Below are positions 54,716 through 64,000 of a stretch of DNA of 64,000 bases, in pieces. The stretch spans positions 171,928,001-171,992,000 of the forward strand of contig NC_058368.1 in NCBI RefSeq assembly GCF_018350175.1. Direction: 5' to 3'. Position numbers and translations under genes: made by a program. The notes under the pieces are model-generated. The model was not told the DNA's origin, ran no database searches, and saw only the letters and a program-made list of their open reading frames with translations. The DNA is from Felis catus (lineage: Eukaryota). Numbering within the stretch: the first letter of the stretch is position 1; every line of letters starts with the position of its first letter.

Positions 54716-54985
54716 GCGTGCTCTAATTATTTTTAAAAAAAAATTTTTTTTTTTTAAAGGGGCGCCTGGGTGGCTCAGTCGGTTAAGCATCTGACTCCGG
54801 CTCAGGTCATGATCTCACGGTCCATGAGTTCGAGCCCCGCGTCGGGCTCTGTGCTGACAGCTCAGAGCCTGGAGCCTGTTTCAGATTCTGTATCTCCCTC
54901 TCTCTCTGCCCCTCCCCTGCTCATGCTCTGTCTCTCTCTGTCTCAAAAATAAATAAACATTAAAATAAAAAATTAAAAAAAAAAT
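54612..54985 (+). mobile_element. Tandem Can-SINEs (degenerate 54612-54755, intact 54759-54985)
   Basis: Two heads/tails back to back. Confidence 0.9.
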
Positions 54986-55932
54986 TTGTTTTAATAGAGT
55001 ATTCTCACTTCCTTACTTTGTGTCCTGCTCACTGCTCAGCTGTTGAAAATACCCTCTTCCTGATTTGCCATCTTTGAGCTCTGCATCCTGTCTTTTCATA
55101 CTCTTTTAAAGGTATAATTCTGGTTGTGCCATCCTCCTGCCTAAAGTCTAGTGGCTCCACAACGTCCACGGTTTGAAAGCAACATGTTTAAAATGACTCA
55201 TGAAACACTTAATTTAACCCAATCTTTATCTCCCACCATACACCTTGTGCTCTGTCCACATTAAACAAATACTCCATGCTCTCATATTTATTACCTTTAC
55301 ACAGACTGTTCTATATGTCTCCCTACTCCAAGATTCTAGGCCTACCTTAAATGTTACTTTATGCAGCCTTTAATAGTTCCTTAGCAAGTAGTTGTTTCTT
55401 CCTGTTTTCCCTAAGTATTTTATGCATTTTTCTGCTGTGGTGCTTATAATATCACAGTGCAGTTATTTATTTTTTCATGTCTTTCTCCAATGAGGTTTTA
55501 AGCAGTCCTCTCTATACTATGAGCTCCTGGAGAAGTTAGACTGAACCAAATTCCTAGTTAGTTTTGTGGTAATTTAGAGCATTTCATCAATCAATAAAGC
55601 TTTCTATCAATAAATGTTTATTTGACCAAATGTGGTTGCATCTGTTTTGATCTGTGAAAAAATACCACTCTTAGAATTTCTTCAGTGTTTGGTTACTTCC
55701 ATACAGTAGTTTAACTTCTTTTGCAGCACATCTCCTTTTCTCCATTTTTGCCTTAAAACCTACTTAAGTTCACAGGTAAAAATACTCATCTTGAGTGTTA
55801 AAATGTCCACACTTTTAATTGTGTATTTAGCTGTTTACCTTAAAGACAGTTCATTTGGTGCACCTTAACATGAAGTTAGCTCTATTTGTTTATAATCTAG
55901 ATCATTCTATTCATAATTTGCTTAATTTCTAG

Positions 55933-56031
55933 GGTTCAGCTGCGCGAATGGATCATGAAACAGCCAGTGTTTTGAGTTCTGGTAGCACACACTCTGCTCC
56001 TCGAAGGCTTACAAGTCATCTGGGAACCAAG
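55933..56031 (+). CDS. APC: APC coding exon 8 (99 nt)
   Basis: ttctag|GGT...AAG|gtaaca; GSAARMDHETASVLSSGSTHSAPRRLTSHLGTK. Confidence 0.98.
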
Positions 56032-56518
56032 GTAACAGAAGATTACAAACTCTGGTCACTAATACTATGAGTACTTTGCTCTAAAACATTCTTCACTCAT
56101 CTTTTAAATTCAGCTAGAGGACAGTTCTGGTTCCATCTCTTCTTCAAGAAACATCTTTTTATATAAGAGAGCACAAAGGAAAAAGGATTATAAAAACTGC
56201 CAAATTAGCTAGTTTTTTATTCTTTTTCAGCTATATTGTGCACTTCTCTGCAAGTACTCTAAGCTCCAGCCACACTGGCTTCCTTGCTGCTTCCCACGCA
56301 CTACCTGTCACTTTTCTGCCTCCATGACTTGGCTATGATGGCACACACATCCACTTTCTACACCACCACAAAATGACTGTCAGAATCCAAGGCAGCCTTT
56401 AGAGCCCTTCTTGGGCTTTACTTCTTTACAGAACATTTTCTGATTCCCAAGTTCCTCTCACCTCCCCTTGTGGTCTGTCTACCTCCTTGGGGTCACTGCA
56501 GTTTGCATGAAGTACTCT

Positions 56519-56740
56519 CTTTCTTTTTTTTTTTTTTCTTTTTCTTTTTTAATGTTTATTTGTTTATTTTGAGAGAGAAAGAGAGAAAGCATGTGCAAGC
56601 AGGGGAAGGGAGAGAGAGAATCCCAAGCTGGCTCCATGCCGTCCACAGAGCCCAACAAGGGGCTCCATCTCATGAACCATGAGATTATGATCTGAGCTAA
56701 AATCAAGAGTCAGACACAGACTGAGCCACCCACATCCCCC
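56519..56740 (-). mobile_element. Can-SINE
   Basis: TSD tgcatgaagt(a/t)ctct. Confidence 0.93.
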
Positions 56741-57782
56741 TGCATGAAGTTCTCTTGGAAATAGGGACTTTTTTCCTTAATCTTTTGCAGCGTCTAGCAC
56801 AGAACCTGCACATAAGTGTGTTTAATAAATATTCAGTGAATAGAAAAATTATCAAAATGGAATGTTACCCAGTGTTAAGCTAGTTTTTTTAGAGTCTCTC
56901 AGATATTAGCAAGTATTTTAGGACTTTAGAATGGTATGTTTTAAAAAGAAAATAATTATTGTATTGTTGTCATCTCTGTAAGTTGGCCAGAGTCTTTAAT
57001 ATTATATTGACAAAGATGAAATTCTAATTTAACTAAACAGTATATTTTTAGTTAAATCTCACTAATTCATTAACTGTTTTCACAGAATACTCTATGTATA
57101 ATCTTTCTTTACTTTGACAATATAATGGCTCTTAGGAAAAGCATTACTGAAATAATGCTGATTTAAGAAATGAATTTAGAGTAATCAGAGATAATTGTTA
57201 ATATGAGATTTAATACTTTTAATAACTCACAGCTGCTAATTGAGACCTCTGGTATGCCAGTAACTGTGCTAGAAGTTATGTGTACATTTCCTCTAATCTC
57301 AAAAACACTGTGAGGTATTCTTGTCCCTCTTTTTTAAATAAGAAAACTGAAGCAAAAAAAGTTCAGGCAGCTGTTGCGTATTTAAATTGGAATTCATCCC
57401 CAGATCTGTCCAACATCAATATGTAATTCTTACTATAAAGAAAATCTAATATTCAGCAGTACTACTGCATGAAAATCGGCAGCTAGAATACCATTTCCTG
57501 TTGAAGTAACTGGTGAATGATCATATTAAGACCTTACTACATTTTTTAATGCCAGCTACTGTCCTATACAGGTATTATTTCATTTAATCTTCACAGAGGA
57601 AATCTCGTTAGGTTAATATCTCCATTTTGCAGTTGAGAAAACTGGTCTCAGAAATCAAATAACTTGGTAGTGTCACACAGCTCATTCCTAAGTAGCGGGG
57701 CCAAAATTTGAAAGCCCAGTTTTCCACGGTTCTCCCTTCCTAAAACTTTAATATCTAAAAGTAGTGTGTGTTTATGTATTTA

Positions 57783-57967
57783 GAGTTTCTTAGCCTCAGC
57801 ATTGTTGACTGGATAATTCTTTATTACAAGATGTTAAGCAGTATCTCTGGTCTTTTATCTTTTAAATGCCCATAGCACTTTCTTTTGCAGTTGTGACACC
57901 AAAAAATGTCTCCAAAGCAAAGCATGTCCTAAGAGGGCCAAAATCACCCCTGATTGAGAACCACTGA
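57783..57967. mobile_element. MER20-like hAT MITE
   Basis: cagttgtgacaccaaaaaatgtctcca...aaaatcacccctgattgagaaccactg. Confidence 0.75.
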
Positions 57968-58178
57968 TTTGTAGAGATGTTACATTCTTTATATAATAGC
58001 CTCGATTTTTATGTAATAGCTCTCACATTGAAATGAGGCTAACCACGGTGCAAGATAACTGGGTACTGTTTCCAGTCTAATCTACTTCTGAGCAAACCCT
58101 TAAAATTTGTTGTCAGAGTTATTGATGTTTACTGGTTGCTTTAAAAAAAAAAAATGGTTAAGAAATCTGGCCTTGGAA

Positions 58179-58682
58179 GGGGCGCCTGGGTGGCTCAGTT
58201 GGCTAAGTGTCCCAACTTTGGCTCAGATCATGATCTCGCGGTTCGTGAGTTCAAGCCCTGCATCCAGCTCTGTGCTGACAGCTCAGAGCCTGCAACCTGC
58301 TTCGGATTCTGTCTCCCTCTTTGTCTGCCCCTCCCCCACTCAGCCTCTGTCTCTCCCTCTCTCTCAAAAATAAACAAACATAAAAAAAAAAAAAGAAAGA
58401 AACCTGGCCTTGGAGCACCTAGGTGGCTTAGTTGGTTGAGCGTCCAGCTTTTGATTTCGGCTCAGGTCATGAACTCATGATTCGTGAGATCAAGCCCCGA
58501 GTCAGTCTCTCCCCTGAGCATGGAGCCTGCTTAAGATTCTCCCTCTCTCTCCCTCTTTCTCCTTCTCTCTCTCTATCTCTCTCTCTCTCTCTTTCTCTCT
58601 CCCTCTATGTGCCTCTCCCCCTACTCTCACACACCCTCACTCTCTTTTTCAAAATAAATAAACTTAAAAAAAAAAAAAAAAA
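58179..58682 (+). mobile_element. Tandem Can-SINEs (58179-58396, 58412-58682)
   Basis: Target repeat aagaa..ctggcctt present three times. Confidence 0.94.
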
Positions 58683-58932
58683 GAATCCTGGCCTTCTACT
58701 CCCTATATGATCATGGCATTCTTCCTTTTATGGCAGAATATTTTTATATGTATAAGGGAGAAATTATATACTTTTAACAATATTATAATCTGGTAAAGTT
58801 TAGTGATTGTTGAAAACTAGTATGTAGTAAACAATAATTGTTGAAAAGTTTTCTATTTATTGATTATAGTTATAAATTAAAAGAAGTACAGTAAAATTTT
58901 AAATTGTACATTTAAATAAACCACATTCCTCA

Positions 58933-58935
<3 letters not shown>

Positions 58936-58982
<47 letters not shown>
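58936..58982. repeat. (TG)n microsatellite ~320 nt upstream of exon 9
   Basis: About 23 perfect units. Confidence 0.97.
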
Positions 58983-58985
<3 letters not shown>

Positions 58986-59298
58986 TCATTTGATTGTCAT
59001 TCATTATAATCAATGGATTATTACCAGCTATTCCAGAAAAAGGGCAGTTTAAGTATGTAAGAAGCTACTCTCTCTTTCAACACTGTATGTCACTACTGCT
59101 TCTGTTTATTCATATAAACAAATCAGTGATGATTATATGGATTTTGAAATAATGCTCATTACTTCATCCTGGAAAGGGGTTTTGAGTTTTGTTTTTCTTT
59201 TTAATGAGTTACAATAAATATCCCATTCATCACTTCATTGGTGTTAGCATTTGGATATTAAAGTCATAATTTTGTTTCTAAACTCATTTGGCCCACAG

Positions 59299-59677
59299 GT
59301 GGAAATGGTGTATTCATTGTTATCAATGCTTGGTACTCATGATAAGGATGATATGTCGCGAACTTTGCTAGCTATGTCTAGCTCCCAAGACAGCTGTATA
59401 TCCATGCGACAGTCTGGATGTCTTCCTCTCCTCATCCAGCTTTTACATGGCAATGACAAAGACTCTGTGTTGTTGGGAAATTCCCGGGGCAGTAAAGAGG
59501 CTCGGGCCAGGGCCAGTGCAGCACTTCACAACATCATTCACTCACAGCCTGATGACAAGAGAGGCAGGCGTGAAATTCGAGTCCTTCATCTTTTGGAACA
59601 GATACGAGCTTACTGTGAAACCTGTTGGGAGTGGCAGGAAGCCCATGAACAAGGCATGGACCAGGACAAAAATCCAA
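59299..59677 (+). CDS. APC: APC coding exon 9 (379 nt, long form)
   Basis: ccacag|GTG...CCAA|gtatgt; VEMVYSLLSMLGTHDKDDMSRTLL...AHEQGMDQDKNP. Confidence 0.99.
59602..59677 (+). CDS. APC: APC exon 9a (short form, internal acceptor removing 303 nt / 101 codons in frame)
   Basis: ccttcatcttttggaacag|ATA lies exactly 303 nt into exon 9, matching the known human 9a isoform. Confidence 0.8.
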
Positions 59678-60074
59678 GTATGTTCCCTGTAGTGCATGTT
59701 ACAAAGCAAATGTAAAGTTTTGTAAATGAAAACTTTTTAAGTTAGTATGTTGTCTTTATGAGTGGAATATGAGTGGGATATAGGAATGGGAAGTTCATAG
59801 TAGCCATCTACACTGCTAACATAGTTTAAAGCTTAAGTCTGTATTTTTCTAGAAAAAATTGAGCAAAGGGCAACCAAAAAAGTACAGGGAATCAAGAGAT
59901 ATATAGTCATAGCATCGTATATTTAGAAAGAACTTGAGCAATTATGTTTTTCCATCCCTTTCCTTTTATAGATTAAGCTCAAGAAAGTGACTTTATACAA
60001 GTTTATTCAGCAGTTAGTGACCACACCATAATCTTTACATTTGCATAACATTCTGTTCAGTGGATGCAGAGATA

Positions 60075-60275
60075 TGTTATATCTGTTATATTATTTGGCC
60101 CTCACAACAACCTTGTGAAGTAGGAAGGGAAAGTATTATCTCCATTTTACAGATAAAGAAACTGAGGCTCGGAGTGGCTAAAAGACTTGCCTGAAGCCTC
60201 ATAGCTACTAAGTGGTAGAGTCAGGAACAGAGGCCAGATCTTCTGACTCTCAACCCAGTGCTCTTCCCACTGTAC
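60075..60275 (-). mobile_element. MIR
   Basis: cctcacaacaaccttgtgaagtagg...ccattttacagataaagaaactgaggctc. Confidence 0.85.
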
Positions 60276-60485
60276 CATCCTACTTCAGGCCATGGGCCCT
60301 ACTTACTGGGAGTGATCAGCCACCCAGCTCTTTGCTGAGGGAGAAACCCTGGGCAACCAACCCCTCTCCATCAGCAGGGAACATGGGAGTTGGGACCCTT
60401 GGGGACATAAGTTACTTCATTCCTGTAGCAAGAACCAAAAGCAGTAAGTATATAAGGTAAGATCTTCTTTTCACCTGGTAAGAAA

Positions 60486-60535
60486 ACACACACACACACA
60501 CACACACACAGGCACACAGGCACACAGGCACACAG
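60486..60535. repeat. (CA)n followed by (GGCACACA)3
   Basis: Direct reading. Confidence 0.9.
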
Positions 60536-60692
60536 GGTGGGGACTGTTGTAGTAACCTGTTGATTTAGGGATAAGGGGTGATGGTGAGAACACCATCAAT
60601 GAAGATTTAGCAGGTTTTTTTTAGCTTACGTATAAAGGTGAATGTATTTTAAATTTACAAATTTTCAAGAATGAGAAAATAGCAGAAATGGT

Positions 60693-60783
60693 CTTTTATA
60701 TCTTTTATATCTGTTTTATATCTGTTTATATCTGTTTATATAAAAGATATTGTTATATCTTTTATATCTGTTTTATATCTGTT
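60693..60783. repeat. Degenerate (TTTTATATCTG)n minisatellite
   Basis: About 7 imperfect 9-11-bp units. Confidence 0.8.
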
Positions 60784-60971
60784 CTCAAAATGGTTAAATT
60801 AAATATTATTACTTCTGAAAAATAGACTTTTAAAATGTTGATTTCACATAATGAGTTTTGAAACTTTGTACATGGTATTAAATGTGAAGTCATATTTTCT
60901 TGGACATCTCTTTAGATTTTTGTTTACTCTATATAGTAAGCTTTCTCTACTAGGTTCATACTGTATTTCTT

Positions 60972-61180
60972 CTTTTTTTTTTTTTTTTTTTTTAAGTTTT
61001 TACTTACTTATTTTGAAAGAGAAAGGAAGGAGGGAAAGAGAGAGAGAGAAAGAATCCCAAGCAGGCTCCGCGCTGTCAGTGCAGAGCCTGATGGAGGGCT
61101 CAAACTCAAGAACTGTGGGTTCATGACCTGGGCCAAAACCAAGAGCCAGCCACTTAACCAACTGAGCCACCCAGGCGCCC
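60972..61180 (-). mobile_element. Can-SINE
   Basis: TSD atactg(t/g)atttctt. Confidence 0.93.
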
Positions 61181-61320
61181 TATACTGGATTTCTTTATTA
61201 CATTTGTACACAGCTAAGTGTTTTTAACCCACACTCATGACAATAGTTTAAATAGAAATTATAACAAAACAGCTTTATACCAAAGTGTTTTTATTCTTTT
61301 ATATATTCAACATAATTTTA

Positions 61321-61554
61321 TTTTATTTTTTTATTTTTTTTTTAATTTTTTTTTTCAATGTTTATTTTTGGGACAGAGAGAGACAGAGCATGAACGGGGG
61401 AAGGGCAGAGAGAGAGGGAGACACAGAATCGGGAACAGGTTCCAGGCTCTGAGCCATCAGCCCAGAGCCCGACGCGGGGCTCGAACTCACGGACCGCGAG
61501 ATCGTGACCTGGCTGAAGTCGGACGCCTAACCGACTGCGCCACCCAGGCGCCCC
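61321..61554 (-). mobile_element. Young SINEC_Fc
   Basis: CpG-intact; perfect 17-bp TSD tattcaacataatttta. Confidence 0.96.
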
Positions 61555-61856
61555 TATTCAACATAATTTTAAATTATTATTTGAGTTATAGCATAAACCT
61601 GCAAGGGATTTATACTAACAGATTTGGCTAAAGGCAGGTAAGTGGTAAATATTTTTCTGGAACCAAGAAAAACCCTTTACTCATATTTTCTTTTCCATGT
61701 TTGTCGTATTTATTCATCTATTCAGCAAATATTTGTTGATCTACTAAACTACTATGCATTAGGGATATTAGCCTTGTTTTTTTTTATTAAGTATAATAAA
61801 CATTATTGCTTTTGAGAAAACAAAGCATTATGTTTTGTATCAATTTTATTTTTCAG

Positions 61857-61952
61857 TGCCAGCTCCTGTTGAACATCAGATCTGTCCTGCTGTGTGTGTT
61901 CTAATGAAACTTTCATTTGATGAAGAACATAGACATGCAATGAATGAACTTG
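61857..61952 (+). CDS. APC: APC coding exon 10 (96 nt)
   Basis: tttcag|TG...CTTG|gtaaga; (M)PAPVEHQICPAVCVLMKLSFDEEHRHAMNEL. Confidence 0.98.
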
Positions 61953-63251
61953 GTAAGACAAAAATGTTTCTTAATGCCGTAGAAGAAACCAACATTTTTC
62001 ATCATCGTTGGAATAAATGCCACACGTTTCTATTACCACCTGCTTCCTCCTTGTAGGAAATGATTATACTCTGGTTTCCGGAGGGAAAAAAAAGGGTTTT
62101 TAATGATAGGCACTGCTACCTTGTTTAAACTAACTTGACTTTTCAAAATCTTAGCCAGCAGTTAGCAGAACTACTAACTGGGCTACTCCTTGCCCCTGTT
62201 GCCATAGCAGACCCTATGTGATAGTTGCTGAGGAGGGTAATTTAAATTATTTTGAAATGTGGAGCTAGGTGATTGTTCTTGAACTCAGTCACTTCTCATG
62301 GACACCAGAAGAAATTATTATTAAAATTCTCATTTATCTTCGTGGTTACCAACACTTTGCTGGATTCTCATGATAAGCAGCATAATATCTCTGAAACTGG
62401 TTAATGAAGAAAATCATTATGGTCTAATTTACGTTAGAAGTATTCCACTAGTTTTGGAAGGATTACTCTTTTGTGTATGTGTTATCACACACTCTAAACC
62501 TTTTATAACCTGCATTTTTGTGCACCCCATTTTTCATGTAACGGTTTTTCTTTGATTTCTAGGTTCATTTTGCACATGTGGTATTTATAATTGCATCATG
62601 CTGAGCCATCTCATGTGAACTGGATCTCTAGTCGTGCCACAAGCAAGAACCGTACACTGAGTTCCCATCTTAGTGTAGCTGTGCCCTTGCTTTTCATGCT
62701 GTTTATTTTACATTACACTCCAGCCCCCACTTTGTATTCCTACCACCCTCATCATTGTCATTCATCATTTATCTTAAAAGTCACAAAGTCATGAGACTCT
62801 TAAACACAGAGAACCTAAATGGCCAAAAATGAGTGTTGTCTCCTTCAGAGTCATCACTTTGGGGGGCTGTGTACTTTGTGAGCTCAGGCCTGTCCTCCAG
62901 CCATGCTTTTCTTCCCACAGGCCCTTGCAGTTGGCCCATCTGATTCTCTTTCCTTCCCCCACCCCCAGCCTCCCATGGAACTGAGTGTGGTCTTATGAGT
63001 TTGCCCCTCCTTACTACAATCTCAGCATTTGTGAAAATTTTACATTTGAGTGTTTTTTTAATGCTAGTAATTATGGGAAGGGGATAAAAATCATGAATAA
63101 ACAAGAAAACTAATCCAATTTTAAACTACTACAAAGGTTTTCCTGTAAATGTCCCTGTGTTCCAATGAACTGTAGATTAGGACTGACACATTGATCATCT
63201 GAATTTCAAAGTAAAACCTAGACTCAGTATTTGTTCCTCTTCCTTCTTCAG

Positions 63252-63305
63252 GTAGGAAGGCTACCCGGGGCATTTCATCACAGGAGCTAGGGCAGGGGCT
63301 TGCAG
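63252..63305 (+). CDS. APC: APC alternative cassette exon 10A (54 nt, +18 aa)
   Basis: Strong pyrimidine tract ttcctcttccttcttcag|GTAGG...GCAG|gtgagg; phase 1-1; (G)RKATRGISSQELGQGLA(G), matching my recollection of human exon 10A. Confidence 0.88.
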
Positions 63306-63744
63306 GTGAGGAGCAGGATGGGGCCTCTGGGGGTGTGACTGTTGGCACAGAGCCACAGGGGGTTACCTTCTTCTCATTCCTAGCCTCTAAATTTGTACGA
63401 AGCAAAAGAAAGATCAAGGTTTGTGGATTGTGCAGAGATGGAGTAATTAAGCACAAGGTAATCTGATAGTGAGGGATAAGGAGGAAAGAAGTTCCAAATA
63501 GATGAAGGGACATTCCAAAGCCCAGTCTGCTGGGACTGTCATTTGTACATAGAAGATTCTACAACTTACCCAGGTCATTTAGGTTTGCATCAATTAGTAT
63601 CACAGGTTTTAGACTATAGTATCAGTGATATATACATTGATTAAATGCCCACTCTTTCCTAGAAACCATGCCAGGCCCTGGAGGTAAAATGATGAAGATA
63701 TGGTTCTGACTTTCAAGGAACTCATGGCTTATTTGTATTAGTAT

Positions 63745-63910
63745 TTCCAAAACTAGATCATAATAATCACCAGAGGTATTTGTCAAACCATACAGATTCC
63801 CTGGCCCTGTAGCAGGCTTAGTAAAGCAGTATCTCCAGAGGGGGTACCCAGGAATCATGTAATAAGTGACCCAGGTGATTCTCATGATAAGGAAATTTTG
63901 TGAAACACCA
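63745..63910. mobile_element. MER5-like MITE
   Basis: aatcaccagagg...cagattccctggccc...cccaggtgattctcatg. Confidence 0.6.
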
Positions 63911-64000
63911 ATATATAGAATATTTATGTTGAGTCCCTAATGTTTATTTTAGAATGAGACGTTTCATGCTAGTGGTGATATCTAAACCCAAGGAAAAGGA

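Noticed and set aside
59251..59715. 154-aa ORF as a standalone gene
   Set aside because: It is APC exon 9 with intronic read-through on both sides.
166..61631. Many ORF-track peptides like MAQ.VK..T.AQVMISRF..SSP and MRQRETEHE.GRGRERGRHRIG
   Set aside because: They are translations of Can-SINE copies, not genes.

Overview
AT-rich, repeat-dense mammalian DNA from a felid (the Can-SINEs are of the cat SINEC_Fc type). The window lies inside the APC tumour-suppressor gene on the + strand. Ten constitutive coding exons (codons 1-469: N-terminal coiled coils, both NES motifs and the start of the armadillo region) have GT-AG boundaries and exon lengths matching human APC as I recall it. Also present are the internal 9a acceptor and the 54-nt cassette exon 10A. 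The promoter and the remaining 3' exons are outside the window. The introns hold about 30 Can-SINEs, a ~6.2-kb sense L1 with TSDs, nested L1 3' ends, a MER21-like LTR, and MIR/L2/MER elements. The most notable items are: (i) a 5'-truncated antisense LAMTOR1 processed pseudogene with poly(A) and TSDs; (ii) two latent stop-codon-containing pseudoexons that appear orthologous to the ones activated by deep-intronic mutations in human FAP; (iii) AG|GT recursive-splice-like starts of the alternative exons; (iv) a young L1 inserted into an older L1 at the homologous position, rebuilding an in-frame ORF2 C-terminus. I see no clear evidence of a wholly new biological system. Human comparisons come from memory and need alignment to confirm.
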